DNA of 64,000 nt from Podarcis pityusensis (lineage: Eukaryota): assembly GCA_964106645.2 (NCBI GenBank), contig OZ067040.1. One strand, given 5' to 3'. Below, piece after piece: positions 13,282 to 26,877 of this stretch (position 1 is its first letter; the number at the start of each line of letters is the position of its first letter). The notes beneath the pieces are model-generated. The model was given only the letters and a program-made list of their open reading frames with translations, had not been told where the DNA came from and made no database searches. The position numbers and the translations under genes are program-made.

Positions 13282-13351
13282 CTTTAAAGATTTTGCCCCT
13301 TTTTTGTCTCCAGCAAACATGGATTTTTCATCAAAGTGCATAGGGAACGAC
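13282..13351 (-). CDS. ERO1B: ERO1B exon 13
   Basis: [23 protein letters not shown]; 70 nt; canonical splice sites. Confidence 0.95.
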
Positions 13352-14600
13352 CTAAGTGAATGAAATATGTCAATGATCAAAAATAATCTAAAAACTCTCA
13401 ATCTACTGCTTAGAATGAAGTGAAAGGGATCTACGTTGTAGGAGTTCTCAATAATATCTCAGTGGCAAATCATAAGTCACAGCACAGGATGGCAGAACAC
13501 TTGACTTAAGGCACTCTCCATGTGATCTGAGACTGAGTCAGATCTTCCTTTACATGCCCTCCACAGCAGGGGTGAGGAGCCTGAAAGGCACATTCCCTCA
13601 TGGAGAACCTCCCAGGGGCCACGGAAATGCATATGACTCTTACGCATACTGAAATCAGGCCTTTCTACCTACAAATCTCCCTCTATCCAGGCAAACAAAA
13701 TACATTTCAGCGCCGTTCAAAAACACATTCCAGCCAAGCAAAAGCACTTGAGGAGGGCATGGAACAGGACTGGTGAAGAGAGTGGTCTGGGAAAGGAGGT
13801 GCTTTGAGAGAGCAGAAGACAACTTGCAGCAAGGGAATCAGGGAGTGCCAATTGACAAAAGAGTATTAAAGAAGAAATACAAACAGAAACAGCAGGGGGA
13901 GACAAGGATACATCCAAAGGCAGGCTTGGCAAAGACCTCTCTGTCCCACCTCCTACAATAGTCCTGGTTCCGTTCCTGAATTTTCAAGCTTTTACTTGTA
14001 GAGCTATAAAAGATGGGTATGGGCCAGGATTCTATTCAATTGTTCACTATGCAGTAAACTTGCTCACGTCTTCCCGTGTTGGGTCAATGGATACAAAGGC
14101 ACTGGAATAATTGACAAACCTGAGACCCTTTATTTTAAAACTGTATAAAAAAGTTTAGAATTTCATTTTATTCATGTTTCAGACAATTAAATAACTTTAT
14201 ACATAATAGGTGACTTATGTTCCAGCAATTCTGCAAGGAAGTTTGTCTGCTTAGATCTCATGAGTGCAAAATTACTGGCTAAGAGACTGAAGGAAGAAGT
14301 GGGACAGGAAATAGGCCAAATTCAAAAGGCTACATGCTCCCCCACCCCCCCAATTTTGTACACACAAGGGAAACTTCCTCTTGTCCACAGTAACTGTGAC
14401 AAAAGCTAGGTGGAGGGGTTTTTTTTTTCCATTTTCCAGTGCTTGCTTTTCTTTTCGGAAAGGTTAAGAAATGTTCCTCTTATATTTTACACTCCAGATA
14501 TCCCTTTGATGCAATTTCTTGTAGTTTCTTTTAATCCAATATTGTTCAAGCAGCTGTATCTAGTTGCACATTAAATATGGGGATGGGAAGGCACACTTAC

Positions 14601-14847
14601 TTTGTGTCCCTGAAGATTTCTAACAAGAGGGACTTTGTCTCTGTATCCTCTTGGGAATTTCCAGTGTAAAGATCTACAATTGAACGCTCGAAGTATGATG
14701 CGACTTTTGACAATGCGCGTAGTTCCACCAAATATAAGAAATATAAATTTTTTAGCCTTCTTGGACCTTCACTTTTTGTTTCACTGGAGTCAAAGCGATG
14801 GATAAATTCTTTGACATTGGATCCCCAACGAGGTCTCCCCCAAGTTT
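14601..14847 (-). CDS. ERO1B: ERO1B exon 12
   Basis: [20 protein letters not shown]...[20 protein letters not shown]...EIFRDTK; 247 nt. Confidence 0.95.
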
Positions 14848-14955
14848 CTAATCAGAGAAAAACAATTTTAGACAAACTGAATTATGCTTGCACAGAGATA
14901 AAAATTATCTTCCCACAATAATGGAGATGATCACAGTATTAAAAATATAAAATAC

Positions 14956-15048
14956 CTTCAAGTAGATAATTTGCACAAAGATGTATGTTGATACTAGCAT
15001 GAAGTCCAGAAATGAGCTTATAGAATACACGTTTCTCAAGACAGAGAC
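14956..15048 (-). CDS. ERO1B: ERO1B exon 11
   Basis: [31 protein letters not shown]; 93 nt. Confidence 0.96.
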
Positions 15049-15727
15049 CTAGGTAGAACACGCATTATTAAAAAGTGAACTGATGAAAGCATGATTCATA
15101 GGCCTGCATTTCTGCTAAGTAATGGGCTACAGTGAGCCTTGGGCTAAAATCCCCCTCCTCTTCAAGCTCATAAGGAAATCTGAAGCTTTCTGGTTGGATT
15201 GTAAACAAATCACAGTTGCCTATGGCCATAATAAAGGAATGATTTCCAAACTCAACTATTCCTCAATAACCAAGCCCACAAGTTTGGACATCAAAGTGTG
15301 ATTTGTTTAAAATGGGAAGTGGTTCTCTCCTTTTCACTGTGTACCAGAGGAGGAGGGGAGAAGCCAAACTTGAGGCTCATCGTGATTCATTTGTGTAGTA
15401 GAAACCCACAATTTCTCACTGTGTCTGAACTAGGTTGGATCTGAATGTACAGAAGTGGTATGGAGGGTGTGGGAAAGGACAAACTGGTGAAAGGCACTAA
15501 TGGATAGCATATTTGAGCATATTATGGGATGAGTGGTAAGCTTGGGGAAATAATCTGTTCCGAATACTTTTATAAACACTTTACTTTAATGAGACCTATT
15601 CAATCTGAGCTCTTACAGTTTCCAAAAGGTGTAAGAGCACAGTTCCTACCTCCAGTTAAAGTGACCCTGCAGTGTTAGCTGTACAGATGCATTACAATCT
15701 ATCTGGAGGTAAAAATCAGAAAGTAAT

Positions 15728-15923
15728 GTGGAACCTTAAAGATTAACAAGCTAACTGTAGTATGAAATTTCATGGGCTACAGCATTATTATCTCTAGCCT
15801 ATGAAAGTTCATTTCACAGTAAGTTCATTAGTCTCCAAATGTACTACAGGACTCTCTAGCAGCTAGAGAGTCCTGTAGTACCTTTGGAGACTAATAAACT
15901 TACTGTGAAATGAACTTTCATAG
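15728..15923. repeat. Penelope-like fragments forming an inverted repeat
   Basis: 62-bp arms at 15799-15860 and 15862-15923, plus a third diverged copy at 15728-15782; the Penelope label is from recall. Confidence 0.75.
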
Positions 15924-15999
15924 CTGCATAGCTGGACTAACATAGCTATCCTCTATTTTGGAGGTATAGAAATGCTAATGAACAAGGTACTTTGCTCAC

Positions 16000-16026
16000 C
16001 TTCTAGCCATGTATAGAAAGATTCTC
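16000..16026 (-). CDS. ERO1B: ERO1B exon 10 (27 nt)
   Basis: cag|GA GAA TCT TTC TAT ACA TGG CTA GAA G|gtgag = ESFYTWLE. Confidence 0.92.
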
Positions 16027-16429
16027 CTGCAAGCACAGAAATAAATTCACATTAGTAGCTTCAGCAAAATTCCAGATTTTTAAAACACACTAGACAGAAA
16101 CCAAAACACAGGGCATATGATTTAAGGAAAACCTGAATCTGCTAAAGACTTGATTCTCCATCTGTCACCTTCACACAATTTAAATTGTGAAGCATTGATT
16201 TTTCTATTTTGAGGGGCAAGTTTCAACATCATACATCAGAGTAGCACCATTTTTGCAAGTACCGCCCCTCCCACCAAAAAGGATGGACAAGTATTTGTGT
16301 TCCAAATCCTAACTAAGTCATGTTCTATATGTTTTAATTCTCTTTCTCCCTCCCTGCCCACTTTTTGCTCCCTCACCCTCTATTGTAATTCAGCAACTGT
16401 ATTCAGTATTGAGGTATTTTAAAGATGTA

Positions 16430-16501
16430 CCGTATTTTTCCAAATTTTTGACATTATTTTTAAGGGGGGAAAAACCTAGTCTTATACACGGAAAAATACT
16501 G
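16430..16501. mobile_element. Small pogo/Tigger-like MITE remnant
   Basis: TA|CCGTATTTTTC...GAAAAATACTG|TA. Confidence 0.65.
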
Positions 16502-16578
16502 TATATCCAGCATACTGAATGTATTTAGTTGACATTAAGGTTAAAAGTGAACTTGTAAAGAATATTATGAAGACTCAC

Positions 16579-16590
16579 CATCATCCTCTC
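16579..16590 (-). CDS. ERO1B: ERO1B exon 9 (12-nt microexon)
   Basis: Long T tract + cag|GAGAGGATGATG|gtgagt supplies the expected (G)EDD(G) between exons 8 and 10. Confidence 0.88.
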
Positions 16591-17554
16591 CTGAAAAAAA
16601 AAAGAAAGTTGCAGAAGATGAGAACAATTTATTCCCCTCTTATGTCTCTACCGAAAATCAAACACACATCTGTTATTTTTTAAATATATAAACTTTTTGA
16701 TTTGTGATTCAACTCATCAGTTATTTAGTTCAGGCACAAATATATATGTACTAAAATAATGATCTTACACTGTACAACACAGATAAACATTTAAATGCAA
16801 TATAGAGAATCAACAAACTCAAATAATGTCGCAGCGTTTGCTAATTTTACTGCTATTTTGAAAAGCAATTCTACATTTCTGAGTTGTACAGGGATCTCAG
16901 TTTCATACAACTCCCCCCCCCTTTTTTTTTTTTTGCAAATTGTAGCTTTGCTTTCTTATTCCTGGCAAATAGTTTCAAATAAAACGTAAGTTGCATTTGA
17001 TCAGTTATTTAAGGGGAAATGTAATTACAACCAGAACAAATTATTTTTTGGAACCAGTATTGCTGATGGATGCACAAGTGGCATACATAGCTCATGGTGC
17101 CTTTTGAAAAGTATAGTTAAGGGGCTAGCAGCATCCCGTCTTGGAGAGATAGCCATAATTATCAATGCTATGGTACCATCAACGCTAATTTACTTTTGTG
17201 AGTTGTATGTCAGTCCTGGTAACTTCATGTGATGCAGAATGAAGTGGCCAGATTGTTAACTGGTATGGAATACTGTAAGTATATTGTTGCAATGTTTCAG
17301 AACCCAATTCAAAGTGCTGAACTGACCTCTTTAGTCCTTCTGTGCGCCCCCTCATCTGCAGATATTAGATAGGTGGCTACCAAGGAGATTGTGTCATCTA
17401 CACAGACATTTGGCCTGTTTTTTTCACTGCTATCTTTTAGACAGGCTCTGAATGGCATTGAGTCTTTACTGTTTTTCTCTTGCTGCTTGCATGTTATTTT
17501 ACCTTCTGTAGTTTTTGCTGGTGTATTTATTTGGTGCATTATTACATTTTGGAG

Positions 17555-17660
17555 GGCATTATCACCAATATGCGGATGACACACAACTCTTATTTCCCCT
17601 TGTCCACTCAAGCAGGAGGGGCAGTGGGTGTGGTAATCAGAAGCTCAATCCAGTCAGGAG
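17555..17660 (+). mobile_element. L2-type LINE RT fragment
   Basis: Encodes YHQYADDTQL (RT catalytic motif) followed by a frameshift. Confidence 0.65.
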
Positions 17661-18018
17661 AATAATAGTTACATTAGTAATAGTGGAGTAATAGTTGTAT
17701 TGAATATTGGCCCATTAACATTTTATTGTATGTAGCCTAGAGGCAGTGGCTGTAGACAACTAATACATTTAACTAGTAAAAGTAGCATTAATGATGATAA
17801 TTTGTTTTGCAAGCCACCTTGAGGGCACTTATCAAAATGCAAGATATGCATCTTATGAATATATAAACAAACACTAATGCTTGAGGGGGGAGGAACGTTA
17901 GCAAGTCTAATTAAGTGGGCCATCTCCATTCATTAAATCCTTGCTGGTTTCCTAAATGGCATGGCTGTATTGAACCTTCAAAACCATTCTTATAATTACA
18001 AAGTATTTAGTGACCCAC

Positions 18019-18065
18019 CCTTGCTGGGTGCCAGAGGGTTTAGTGGACGATACACTGATCGTGGC
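18019..18065 (-). CDS. ERO1B: ERO1B exon 8
   Basis: PRSVYRPLNPLAPSK; 47 nt; tag/gtgggt. Confidence 0.93.
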
Positions 18066-18153
18066 CTAAAGGAAAAGAGATTAGAAATATGTTTTTGTAA
18101 TCCAAAGAATCTCAAATGTTTCAAAATAAATTCTGCCCGCCCTTCCCAGTTAC

Positions 18154-18274
18154 TTGAAGCAATTTTCTTCATAGATACTGTTCCATACTCTCCATGCAGA
18201 GGGCCCTTTGTATCCAGTGTAACGCTCTGGATTCAGCAGCAAATCCACATACTGAGCATCAGGAGATCTCTCAT
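18154..18274 (-). CDS. ERO1B: ERO1B exon 7
   Basis: [40 protein letters not shown]; 121 nt. Confidence 0.97.
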
Positions 18275-19817
18275 CTAAAGAAGAAATAGAGATGTTAATT
18301 ATGCATTAATTGTACAATTGTGTGTGCATTTACACACACACACACACGAAGACAAAACAGTTTGGCTAATGTAAAAAGTCAAATGCATCATTACTACTGA
18401 TCACATTACCTAGATGCTTGTACAGATGGCAAATTGCCCCACCTTATTTACATCTTGCCCTTTATTATCTACACTTGGAACAGGAGACTTATTTAGACAA
18501 AGTAAAATGCTTCAGCAGGTAGCCTACTGCTACTTCCCTCTTCATTATTTGCAAAATGCTGGGAAACTAGATAGAACAGGAGCACCAAGTTACTCATTAC
18601 TTACACTTCAAACATGCACAATTACACATGTGAATACAGTATTTTATTAAAGGAGCCTAATTTCCAGTTATGGGGGACACATTTTAACTTTCTTAATTTA
18701 ACTTGTTTATCTAATACTAATTTTAACCACATAAAAAGGAGAAAACCCAGGTATAGAAGACAAGGCAGCTGTATACATGGGCTTATAACTGGTTCTAGAA
18801 TGAATATTTATTGTAAGAGCTGTTTTCAGCACTTTTGATGTTGAGTGTCCTTCATCCTCTCTCCTCTCTTTGACTTTGAATGCAACATTTTGTTAGGGCT
18901 TTTGCTTTGTTTTTGCAATTTGAGGCCTTTGGACACTAGCTGATTCAACACTTCCCAAGCACAATACTAGGGTACAGGTCAGATGATCTTGCAAATCATA
19001 GGTTGGTAGATTATGAACAAGAAGAGATTTAGCTCTTTCTTGCCTTTAGAAAAAAATATTGAATAAGTGCCCCATTCTCCGTTTCCCATATAATGTTCAC
19101 AGTGACTTTCAATTATGTCCAAATTGGTAAATAATTACCAGTGTTTGTGCTCCAAATCACAATCAGAAGTCATGGCTTGAAGAGGGTTTCTTATCCTGGC
19201 TTAGTTTTCTTATTTAAATTAAGGCTATTCTGGTTTAAAATTATTAACAGTATTTGAAGATTTGGACTGTACAAGTGGGACCTGCAACCAAATGTGGCAA
19301 TGTAGAGGATGCCTATTCAGGATTCCAGCCAGCCAAGCCATCTTCAAAGATACTCCATATACTTGCCCTTCACATCTGGATTTCTGTGTCATCATTTCCA
19401 CCACCCTTAAGTCAGAATTTCATTGCCACCGAATGTGCTCAGTCCCAGTTTTTTCTTCTCCCAGAAATATTTCTGCTTCTGAAAAGAGTTGGGTTCTTTG
19501 GATCCTGCTGATACCCTTCCTCTAGTTCACAGGTGGTACTGTCTTGGCTATATCAGGATCCACAATTGGAGGTGTTGATCTTTAATAGGTTTACTCTTCA
19601 CAGCAAACTATGTTTAGTGCTAAAACTAAGAGACGGGGATTGCATGAGCCCACGGTTCCTTTTGGTTTGGAAGATCAGAATTGAGGCTGTTTTTTAAGAG
19701 CACAGTATAAATATTTTGGCATACTTTCTCTTTTGTGAAGTACATGAAGATGATTTTCAATTGACTTAGCTACACATTGCCTAATAAAACATAGTTCAAA
19801 AGAATGAACAAATTTAC

Positions 19818-19891
19818 CATCCAGTTCACAAAAATGGTCCTGTGAATCATCATATCTGGCCCAGTCAATGAAAGCCTCTTTACTTTGGTTG
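19818..19891 (-). CDS. ERO1B: ERO1B exon 6
   Basis: [24 protein letters not shown]; 74 nt. Confidence 0.95.
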
Positions 19892-20677
19892 CTGTGGAAA
19901 GGAGAAAAAATAGACTAGTGGTAAATGGACATAATATGGTCTCATTTCTCATTTTTATGTTTTCCCATCACTTTTAAAAACAGAGATTGCTACCAACATC
20001 ATCCCAAAAGGACCTTCAAGGAAGCTCATAAAAATGAAAAGGTTTTTTTTTAGATAAAAGTAATCTTATGAAACTAACACTGACTACATGAAACTGTCGT
20101 AAGAGCATAAAGTGCAACTAATTTCTCATAAAGTAACACGGCAAGTAATCAACTGCCAAGCTTTCATACAGCACTAGTTTATAATTAACACTAGAACTGT
20201 ATATTCAGCCCAGATACATAGCACTAGTTTGTTTAGATAGCTATCCTTGAGACCATCATGCTAACAAACATGTTTATATGCTGCTGTATCACTTTTTAAT
20301 CCTTACTCCTTATCCAGCATTAGCACACAGAACTTGGTTGAAAGAAAACGGAGGAAGTGAATCTGCAAGTGAATTTCAAAATTAATGCCTACGTACAGTA
20401 CTACCAGCAGAGAAACAGTTCTAAAAACTAGGCGTCAATATCTGGAACAGCTTGCTTCCTCCGTTTGTATTCATCATGTTAGTCTTTTTAGTTCAACTGA
20501 TAAAAGTATGTTTGGACCAACAGCTACAAATAAATATGTTTTGTGTAAGTGAAATCTAACACTGGCATGTTCTCTTTACCACAGAACTTACAAGAATAGT
20601 ATGTATGGAGAAAAGTCCAAAAAGAGCTAAATATATCAAGCCTTGCCACTCCAGTTAACAATGAAAAAAGGGCTTAC

Positions 20678-20760
20678 CTTAATGTACTATTAATTGCTCC
20701 TAGTTTGTTAGCTTGTTCACAGTCTTCGAGTTCTTTGGTATGGTTTGCTTTCTTTGAATA
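20678..20760 (-). CDS. ERO1B: ERO1B exon 5
   Basis: [27 protein letters not shown]; 83 nt; contains the regulatory Cys. Confidence 0.95.
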
Positions 20761-21519
20761 CTGCAAGGCAGAGTATATGATATTTAATATCACCAACGAA
20801 TATATTTTTCGTTTTAAATCTTTAGGGCATTTGCCTGTCACTTACCCAATGCAGCCATGACTGACAAGCGAGGTAACACCTCACAAGCATTAAATGCACT
20901 TAATATTTCCAAGTATTACCATTCTCTGGACCAGAGACAGAAGCTTCTATTCTTATGCACATTTATGGTATGGCAGGCCATAAATTCTACTATCACTATT
21001 TTTTATTTATATATGCATATCTGGGATTTAAGTATGCATTAAGGAGAAGTATTTTCAGTGTTTGCTTAACATTTTCCCCCAGAGGCAATTTTACAAGTGA
21101 TTGTTTAACAGGAAGCTACATTATAAAAGCCTCCTGACCAGCTGCCCATGCTACCAGGTTTGGCCGACTTAGCTTCTGCTCACCTTGGAAAACAAGGTTG
21201 GGAGGGGGGGAGCCCAGAGAGCCTCATCAACTGTATCCATGGCAAGGAAACACAGTGGGACTTCCTAGCACTGCTGCCAGCTTCAATTCTCTCTCATAGG
21301 AGGGGAGGAAATGCACTCCTATACAAACAGCACCTAGAATGCACCATCATGCTTCACCACTGGGTAAACATAGCACAATGCTATGTTAGCTGCTAAAGTA
21401 GCAGGAGTGGATAGCTATCACTTGCATCTGAGGCAAATGCAACATGCCAGTCAGATGTTTTCCTAGTGCAGTGGGGGGCAGAAAAGTCCGTATTTTTTAT
21501 TTCAGAAGAGCTTACTCAC

Positions 21520-21561
21520 TTTGTTAGCACTCCCAGCTTTAATTCCAACTGGTACTTTACT
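21520..21561 (-). CDS. ERO1B: ERO1B exon 4
   Basis: SKVPVGIKAGSANK; 42 nt; tag/gtgagt. Confidence 0.92.
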
Positions 21562-22224
21562 CTAGAAGAAGCAAACAAGTTACATGATTATTCAACCTTT
21601 TCATTCGCAACCCACTCATTCTCAACACTGACTAACTGAAGATTGCTAAATCAATGAGCCACGCCAGCAAAAAACTGTTTGAGCATCAAAACTCCACGCT
21701 GGGATACAGTTCCATTTCATTAATGATTTGACCATTTTTGCTATGGGTACCCTATGCACATTTACTAGTAAGCAAGCTCATTGAAAAAAGTTCAGTGGAA
21801 CTTCTCTATGAAAAGCTTAGGATGAGTTAGCATTTAAATCAGAACTGTTCATAATATGATGGCCAAAAATCTAAACACTCTTTAAGCCCCTGTCGTATTA
21901 CTGTCATTAATAGCACTGAAAGATGGTACCCTTTGAGCTCTGAAGTTATCTTATCTGCTATTTAAACTGAACTACAGTTGCCTATCTTTACACAAAACTA
22001 AAATTTCACTAGCAAAGTAGCTTTCCAACAGCAGTCAATGTGTTGGCAATAAAAGCTGTCAAACTTCCTGCAACTCTAAAGTATGTTAACCCCCACTCCC
22101 ATCAACGCAGAATCATATCAGTGTTATGCAAACTCTTGCAAAAATGGCAGTAAGTAAGGTTCCATATTATTCTGTTCAACAAAGGCAATACTATTCTGGT
22201 TTCCTCCTTTATTTGCAAACATAC

Positions 22225-22308
22225 CTCGGGACAAGGCTCTACATGGCAATCTCTGATAGAACAATGGCCATCGTCAGCCCAAAAAGGACATGGTCTCTTC
22301 AGATTAAC
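22225..22308 (-). CDS. ERO1B: ERO1B exon 3 (outer active site / shuttle cysteines)
   Basis: [28 protein letters not shown]; 84 nt. Confidence 0.97.
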
Positions 22309-24759
22309 CTTAAAACCAAGAAACATATACATGCTGTCAGTCAATTAATTTTGAACTAAATAGGGAAACTTCCCTTCAATAGAATAAGCTTTCTTATAAA
22401 AAAAAAAGTGAAAGATTAGGGCTGAGCAAACAAATATCTAGAGTTTTCATTTATTCGGCTGACTTAAAAATATGAGCCAGCTACAAGCATGGGATGGGGG
22501 TGCCCGCACAAGCAATTTCTGAAGCTTTGTTCTGGGAATAATTTGATTTGATTGCATTAACAACATCTCAATACCACAGCACAAAATACAGTCCAGTGTT
22601 TTTTTGTGCCTTCTCCTCTGGCCTCACATGAATGATCAGTACAAAATGTGATTGATGTTACTTGACCTATTTTGTAAAAGTTCTTGATCAGAGAAGTTGC
22701 TGAACCTGAATTCTGCAAGTTACTCAATTCATCAAAGGGGGAAGTGGGAAGCCACAGTGATGTGCCAATAAAGCTTTACAAACAGTTAAATAAAATGGGC
22801 TGAAAGAACAAAACAATCCTATCCATTGTCTTTTGAAAATTCTTATGTACCTATTGCTAAGAAAGAACTAATATTATACTTTTTAACACTGCTAAATCTT
22901 CTAATTTTTTCAAGATAATGAAAATAGGAACACCCATAATTGAATAATTTACTTGTCAAATGTTGATGTCTTGCAGTGAATATAGTTGCATGAACCTATG
23001 TTGAAAATGTTCCTTATTGCTTGTGTTTTGTTTTATTGGTGTGCTAGAGATTTGTTTGTGCAATTTTATTGTAATATATTTAATATAAAAAAGATTCAGC
23101 CAAAGATTTCCACAGAATAACCTCACAAGTGTTGTTTGCAATCAAGCAGATGCAGCACATCCAGATTAAACAGGAATCACACATCTTCCAGGAAGCTTAA
23201 GCTTTAAAATGCAAGCCCCCACTTCAAGTTACATCAACAGTATTAACGGTATCAGTGCAAAGGAAGACAGTTTCCAAGATCAAAAATTCTTAATCCTCTT
23301 TCAACCATAGCACAAGGACTTATCTAACATACAATTGCAGCCACAGCTGATATGCACCACTTAGATATTCTTTAAAAGATTACAGCATTACTTAAATCAA
23401 ACCTGGTCTGTTGGCATCTTACATTTTAAATAGTTCATTTCTATTCCACACTTTGATAACGGAAATGTTTCAGTTTCCTTTAATATACACAGGCCTCAAA
23501 TTTTGCAAAAAAGTGAGCTACAGCTGCTACAGTGCACATATCCCACATGCAAGTTCAGAAAGTTTAGAATATTGTTTCAAATTTTTAATTAGGACAAATC
23601 CTTCCCAATTAAACCTAAACTACTTTTAAATGTGTAGAGTTCACACAGTAATCCAACAAATGAGTCATAGCTTATGCAACATTTTTATCAACTGCTGCTG
23701 GATACGAAAAATGTCATAAGCAAGATAAAGTTAAAATCTTTTTAGTCGAATCGAAGTAATACATAGCACACTTTTTGGGGTGGGATGGAGTCAAAGAGGA
23801 AATTGTTTTTAGCAACAGGCAACTGGGGAGAAACATTACATTTTCTAATAGGCACCTTCTGACTAAGCCAGTTGTTCATAATGACTACACAGCTACTATT
23901 AAAAATACAGGGTTGGATCCAGAGAGGCATGACCCCTACTTGCGTCCTAGGGCTTTCTGGATCCCACCAATGATCCTTGTAATAAAATGAGATGGGACTC
24001 AGAGGCCTACACGGGATGGTGAAAGATGGATAGAATTCAGGGAACTTGCCCTGCAGAAGAGGAAGTCCTTTTTTAAAACACTTTTTTTTTTTTTTGCAAC
24101 ATGGTTGCAAAAATAAAATAAATAAAAATTGCTATATTTGGCCATTCTGTGAGTGGGAAGAGGACAGGTGGAACAAAAGATTATATATGAAGATGCAGTG
24201 AACAATAAAACAGAAAATCCTAAGTGTTAACAAAGTTTCTAGCACAATTGCCAATGAAGTTGGTAGCTGGACAACAGAATACTTTACAAAGGGTAATAAT
24301 TTTTCTTTTATTCTTTTAAAAAATATTACAGATTTTCATGAACTACAAAAGAACATACAATATATTTTGTTGTTGTTATTCTTCAGATTATAAAGTCTTT
24401 TGGTTACGTTCAATGTAAGACAATATGGTATCCGGAGGTAGGGGGAGAGATTAGAGGGGAGAGGGTGGATGATAAACTTACAACTATTTTGATACAGCAC
24501 TGTATGAAACAGAAATGGCCACATTAAATGTTATAACCTTCAGTTATACAGCTTATCAAGAGCAAATTCCAAAACCATCAGGTGTAGACTGTATCTGCTT
24601 CACATTCACAGAAGACAGCTTTTATCTAACATTAGTTTACTTTCACTATAGTACACCTTGGATCAAGCAATGCTGAAGGACGTTTAGCCACATTTGGAAA
24701 TCATTGTTTGCTCAAGTACCTGGTAAGGTTTTCATTTAATTCTTCAGGTACTGTTTTTA

Positions 24760-25085
24760 TTTTATTTTTTTTTAAATGATATTTATTGAGAGTTTTAAGA
24801 TTACAAAGAAAAACAAGGAAGAAAAGAAGAAAAAAGAACAGATAACAATTAAACAATACAAATCGATAAAAGTCAAAATCAAAAAGCAAAGGCAAAACAC
24901 ATAATACATCAAAATCAAAAAGCAGAATTAAACAAAAAAAATTTAAAAGCAGATCCAGTATTCTCAAATCCTTAACTGTCATTACCTTATTTCATCAACC
25001 TCCTCACACCTCCCTTTTTTGTATTCTAGTTGTTAATTGTCTCAGCAAATCCTTTCCATTTTTGTTTTTAACCAATTCCATTAAG
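24760..25085 (-). mobile_element. L1-like LINE 3' end
   Basis: Minus-strand AATAAA followed by an A-rich tail, preceded by a T-rich UTR. Confidence 0.5.
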
Positions 25086-26178
25086 AAAGAAAAGGCTAAC
25101 TTATCTGAAGCCAACTCCAGGTTCTAAAGACAGCAGTTACATCAAAATGAGGGTGGTTTTTCCAAAAACTAGCAGAACATATTGAGTTTATGTTTTGTGA
25201 TTGTAAAAGGTTTTAACTAATTTCAATTTTGTATTTTTATATTGTTGTGACCTATTCTGGGACCTTATGGTAATGGGGAGGTAAGAAATCCAACAATGGT
25301 ATATAGTGTTTCAGAGTAAAGTACTGCTCTTCCAACCCACAGTGTATTTCCTTTTCACACTAATTTGAAGCTTTGAAGTAGGTTTCATTTTTAGTACAGT
25401 TTTACTATAACCCCAGTATTTCTTTTACTTCGTAGGAGAACAGAGAAAGACAAATTGATTTCACAAAGCCAGTGTTTCTCAAGCGATAAGCCAGGACCAC
25501 CAGTGAGACTTAATCCTCTTTCCACTGCCAATGCAGTGCATCCTCCCTTACCCACCCCATCCCTGATCATACTGTAGCCTTTTGGTTGGATGGATGCCAA
25601 CTCCCTGCATACGGAGTAAAGGTGACTGAGGGATAGAAGCTGGGAGAAGGAGGAGGGAAAGAGAAAGACAGAGAGATGAGAGGTATTGCTTCCCATAGGA
25701 ATTTAAATAGAGATAAAACATTATTTTAAAAAATAGAACAAAGTGGTAAGAGAGGGGAAAGAGTTACAAGAAGAAAGTTGTTAAAGGAGGGAGAAGTAAA
25801 TGCAAAATAGCAGGGATGAAAGAAACTAACACTTTCGGGCTAGGTTAAGAAGGAAAAGAGAAAAAGTGACAGCAGATAGAGTAAACAGACATTAAAGAGA
25901 ATGCTGGGGTGGATATAAAATAAAAAGCCTTCTCCATTTAGAGTCTTGTATTGGCAAATAACACCCAGATAAAAGTCTGAATGATGGAACTCCTTTCCAC
26001 AAGAAAACTACTATGGCATAGAATTTAGTAATTTCCAAAGAGAGGTTAGGTATCAACAGAAAATATCACCACCAGTTTGTAAATGGTGGGTTTTCAGCTC
26101 ACTCACATGGACCAAGGAGCAGAGAGTCTGAGAATGTCTGCACTAAACTATATAGTAATAGGCCATTTTTTACTCTAC

Positions 26179-26298
26179 CTTGTAGTATCTGAAATAGTCC
26201 CGTTCTAGAAGTTTCTGTATTTGGGGGAAGATCTTAACATTGTTGAAGTCATCAATGCTTTCTATGTCGCATAAGCAGTCATCAAGCACTCCTGATAA
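26179..26298 (-). CDS. ERO1B: ERO1B exon 2
   Basis: [40 protein letters not shown]; 120 nt. Confidence 0.96.
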
Positions 26299-26877
26299 CT
26301 AGAAAAACAAAACAAAAAGACTAAATGGCAATATCACTTATAGCTAAAAGTTTTTGATTGAGCAAGAAGACAATTAGAGAGAAATCATCATAAAGAGCAA
26401 TGCAAATGGCATTTGCTTGCAGGAATTTACATGAAACCCACACACATATGGGCAAGGTAACACTTTTTTAAACTTATAGCAAAACAAGCATTTGCATTTG
26501 TGATACACAATCTACGCACATTTCATGTGACTCTCTATGTGGAAATGCCACCTGTGCAGTAATGGGGTGGTGTGTGGGGTAAGTCTTCAGGAGCTTATTC
26601 TTGAATGCAATGGGACAAAGCTAGCAGAATTATTAATAGTATATTAATAGCACATTTACCATCCTTCCTTAATCTATCTAAAATATTGATAGAATTTGCT
26701 TTTATTAGCTTAGATTTTAATTAAATTCTGTGCAGGGAATCCTTTATCACTCTTTAGCAGAATGTTAAATTAGACAATAAGCACCCCCCAATGTTTTGTT
26801 TGCAGTGTGCCATTGGAATTCAGCAATCGTTTTCAGTTGCCCAGTTTGCACATAATACCAAGTCAAACTATGGGAGC

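Noticed and set aside
17309-17611. 100-aa ORF on the ERO1B strand in intron 8
   Set aside because: Its 5' end is the antisense of an L2 RT fragment; no convincing splice-site pair; ERO1B is complete without it
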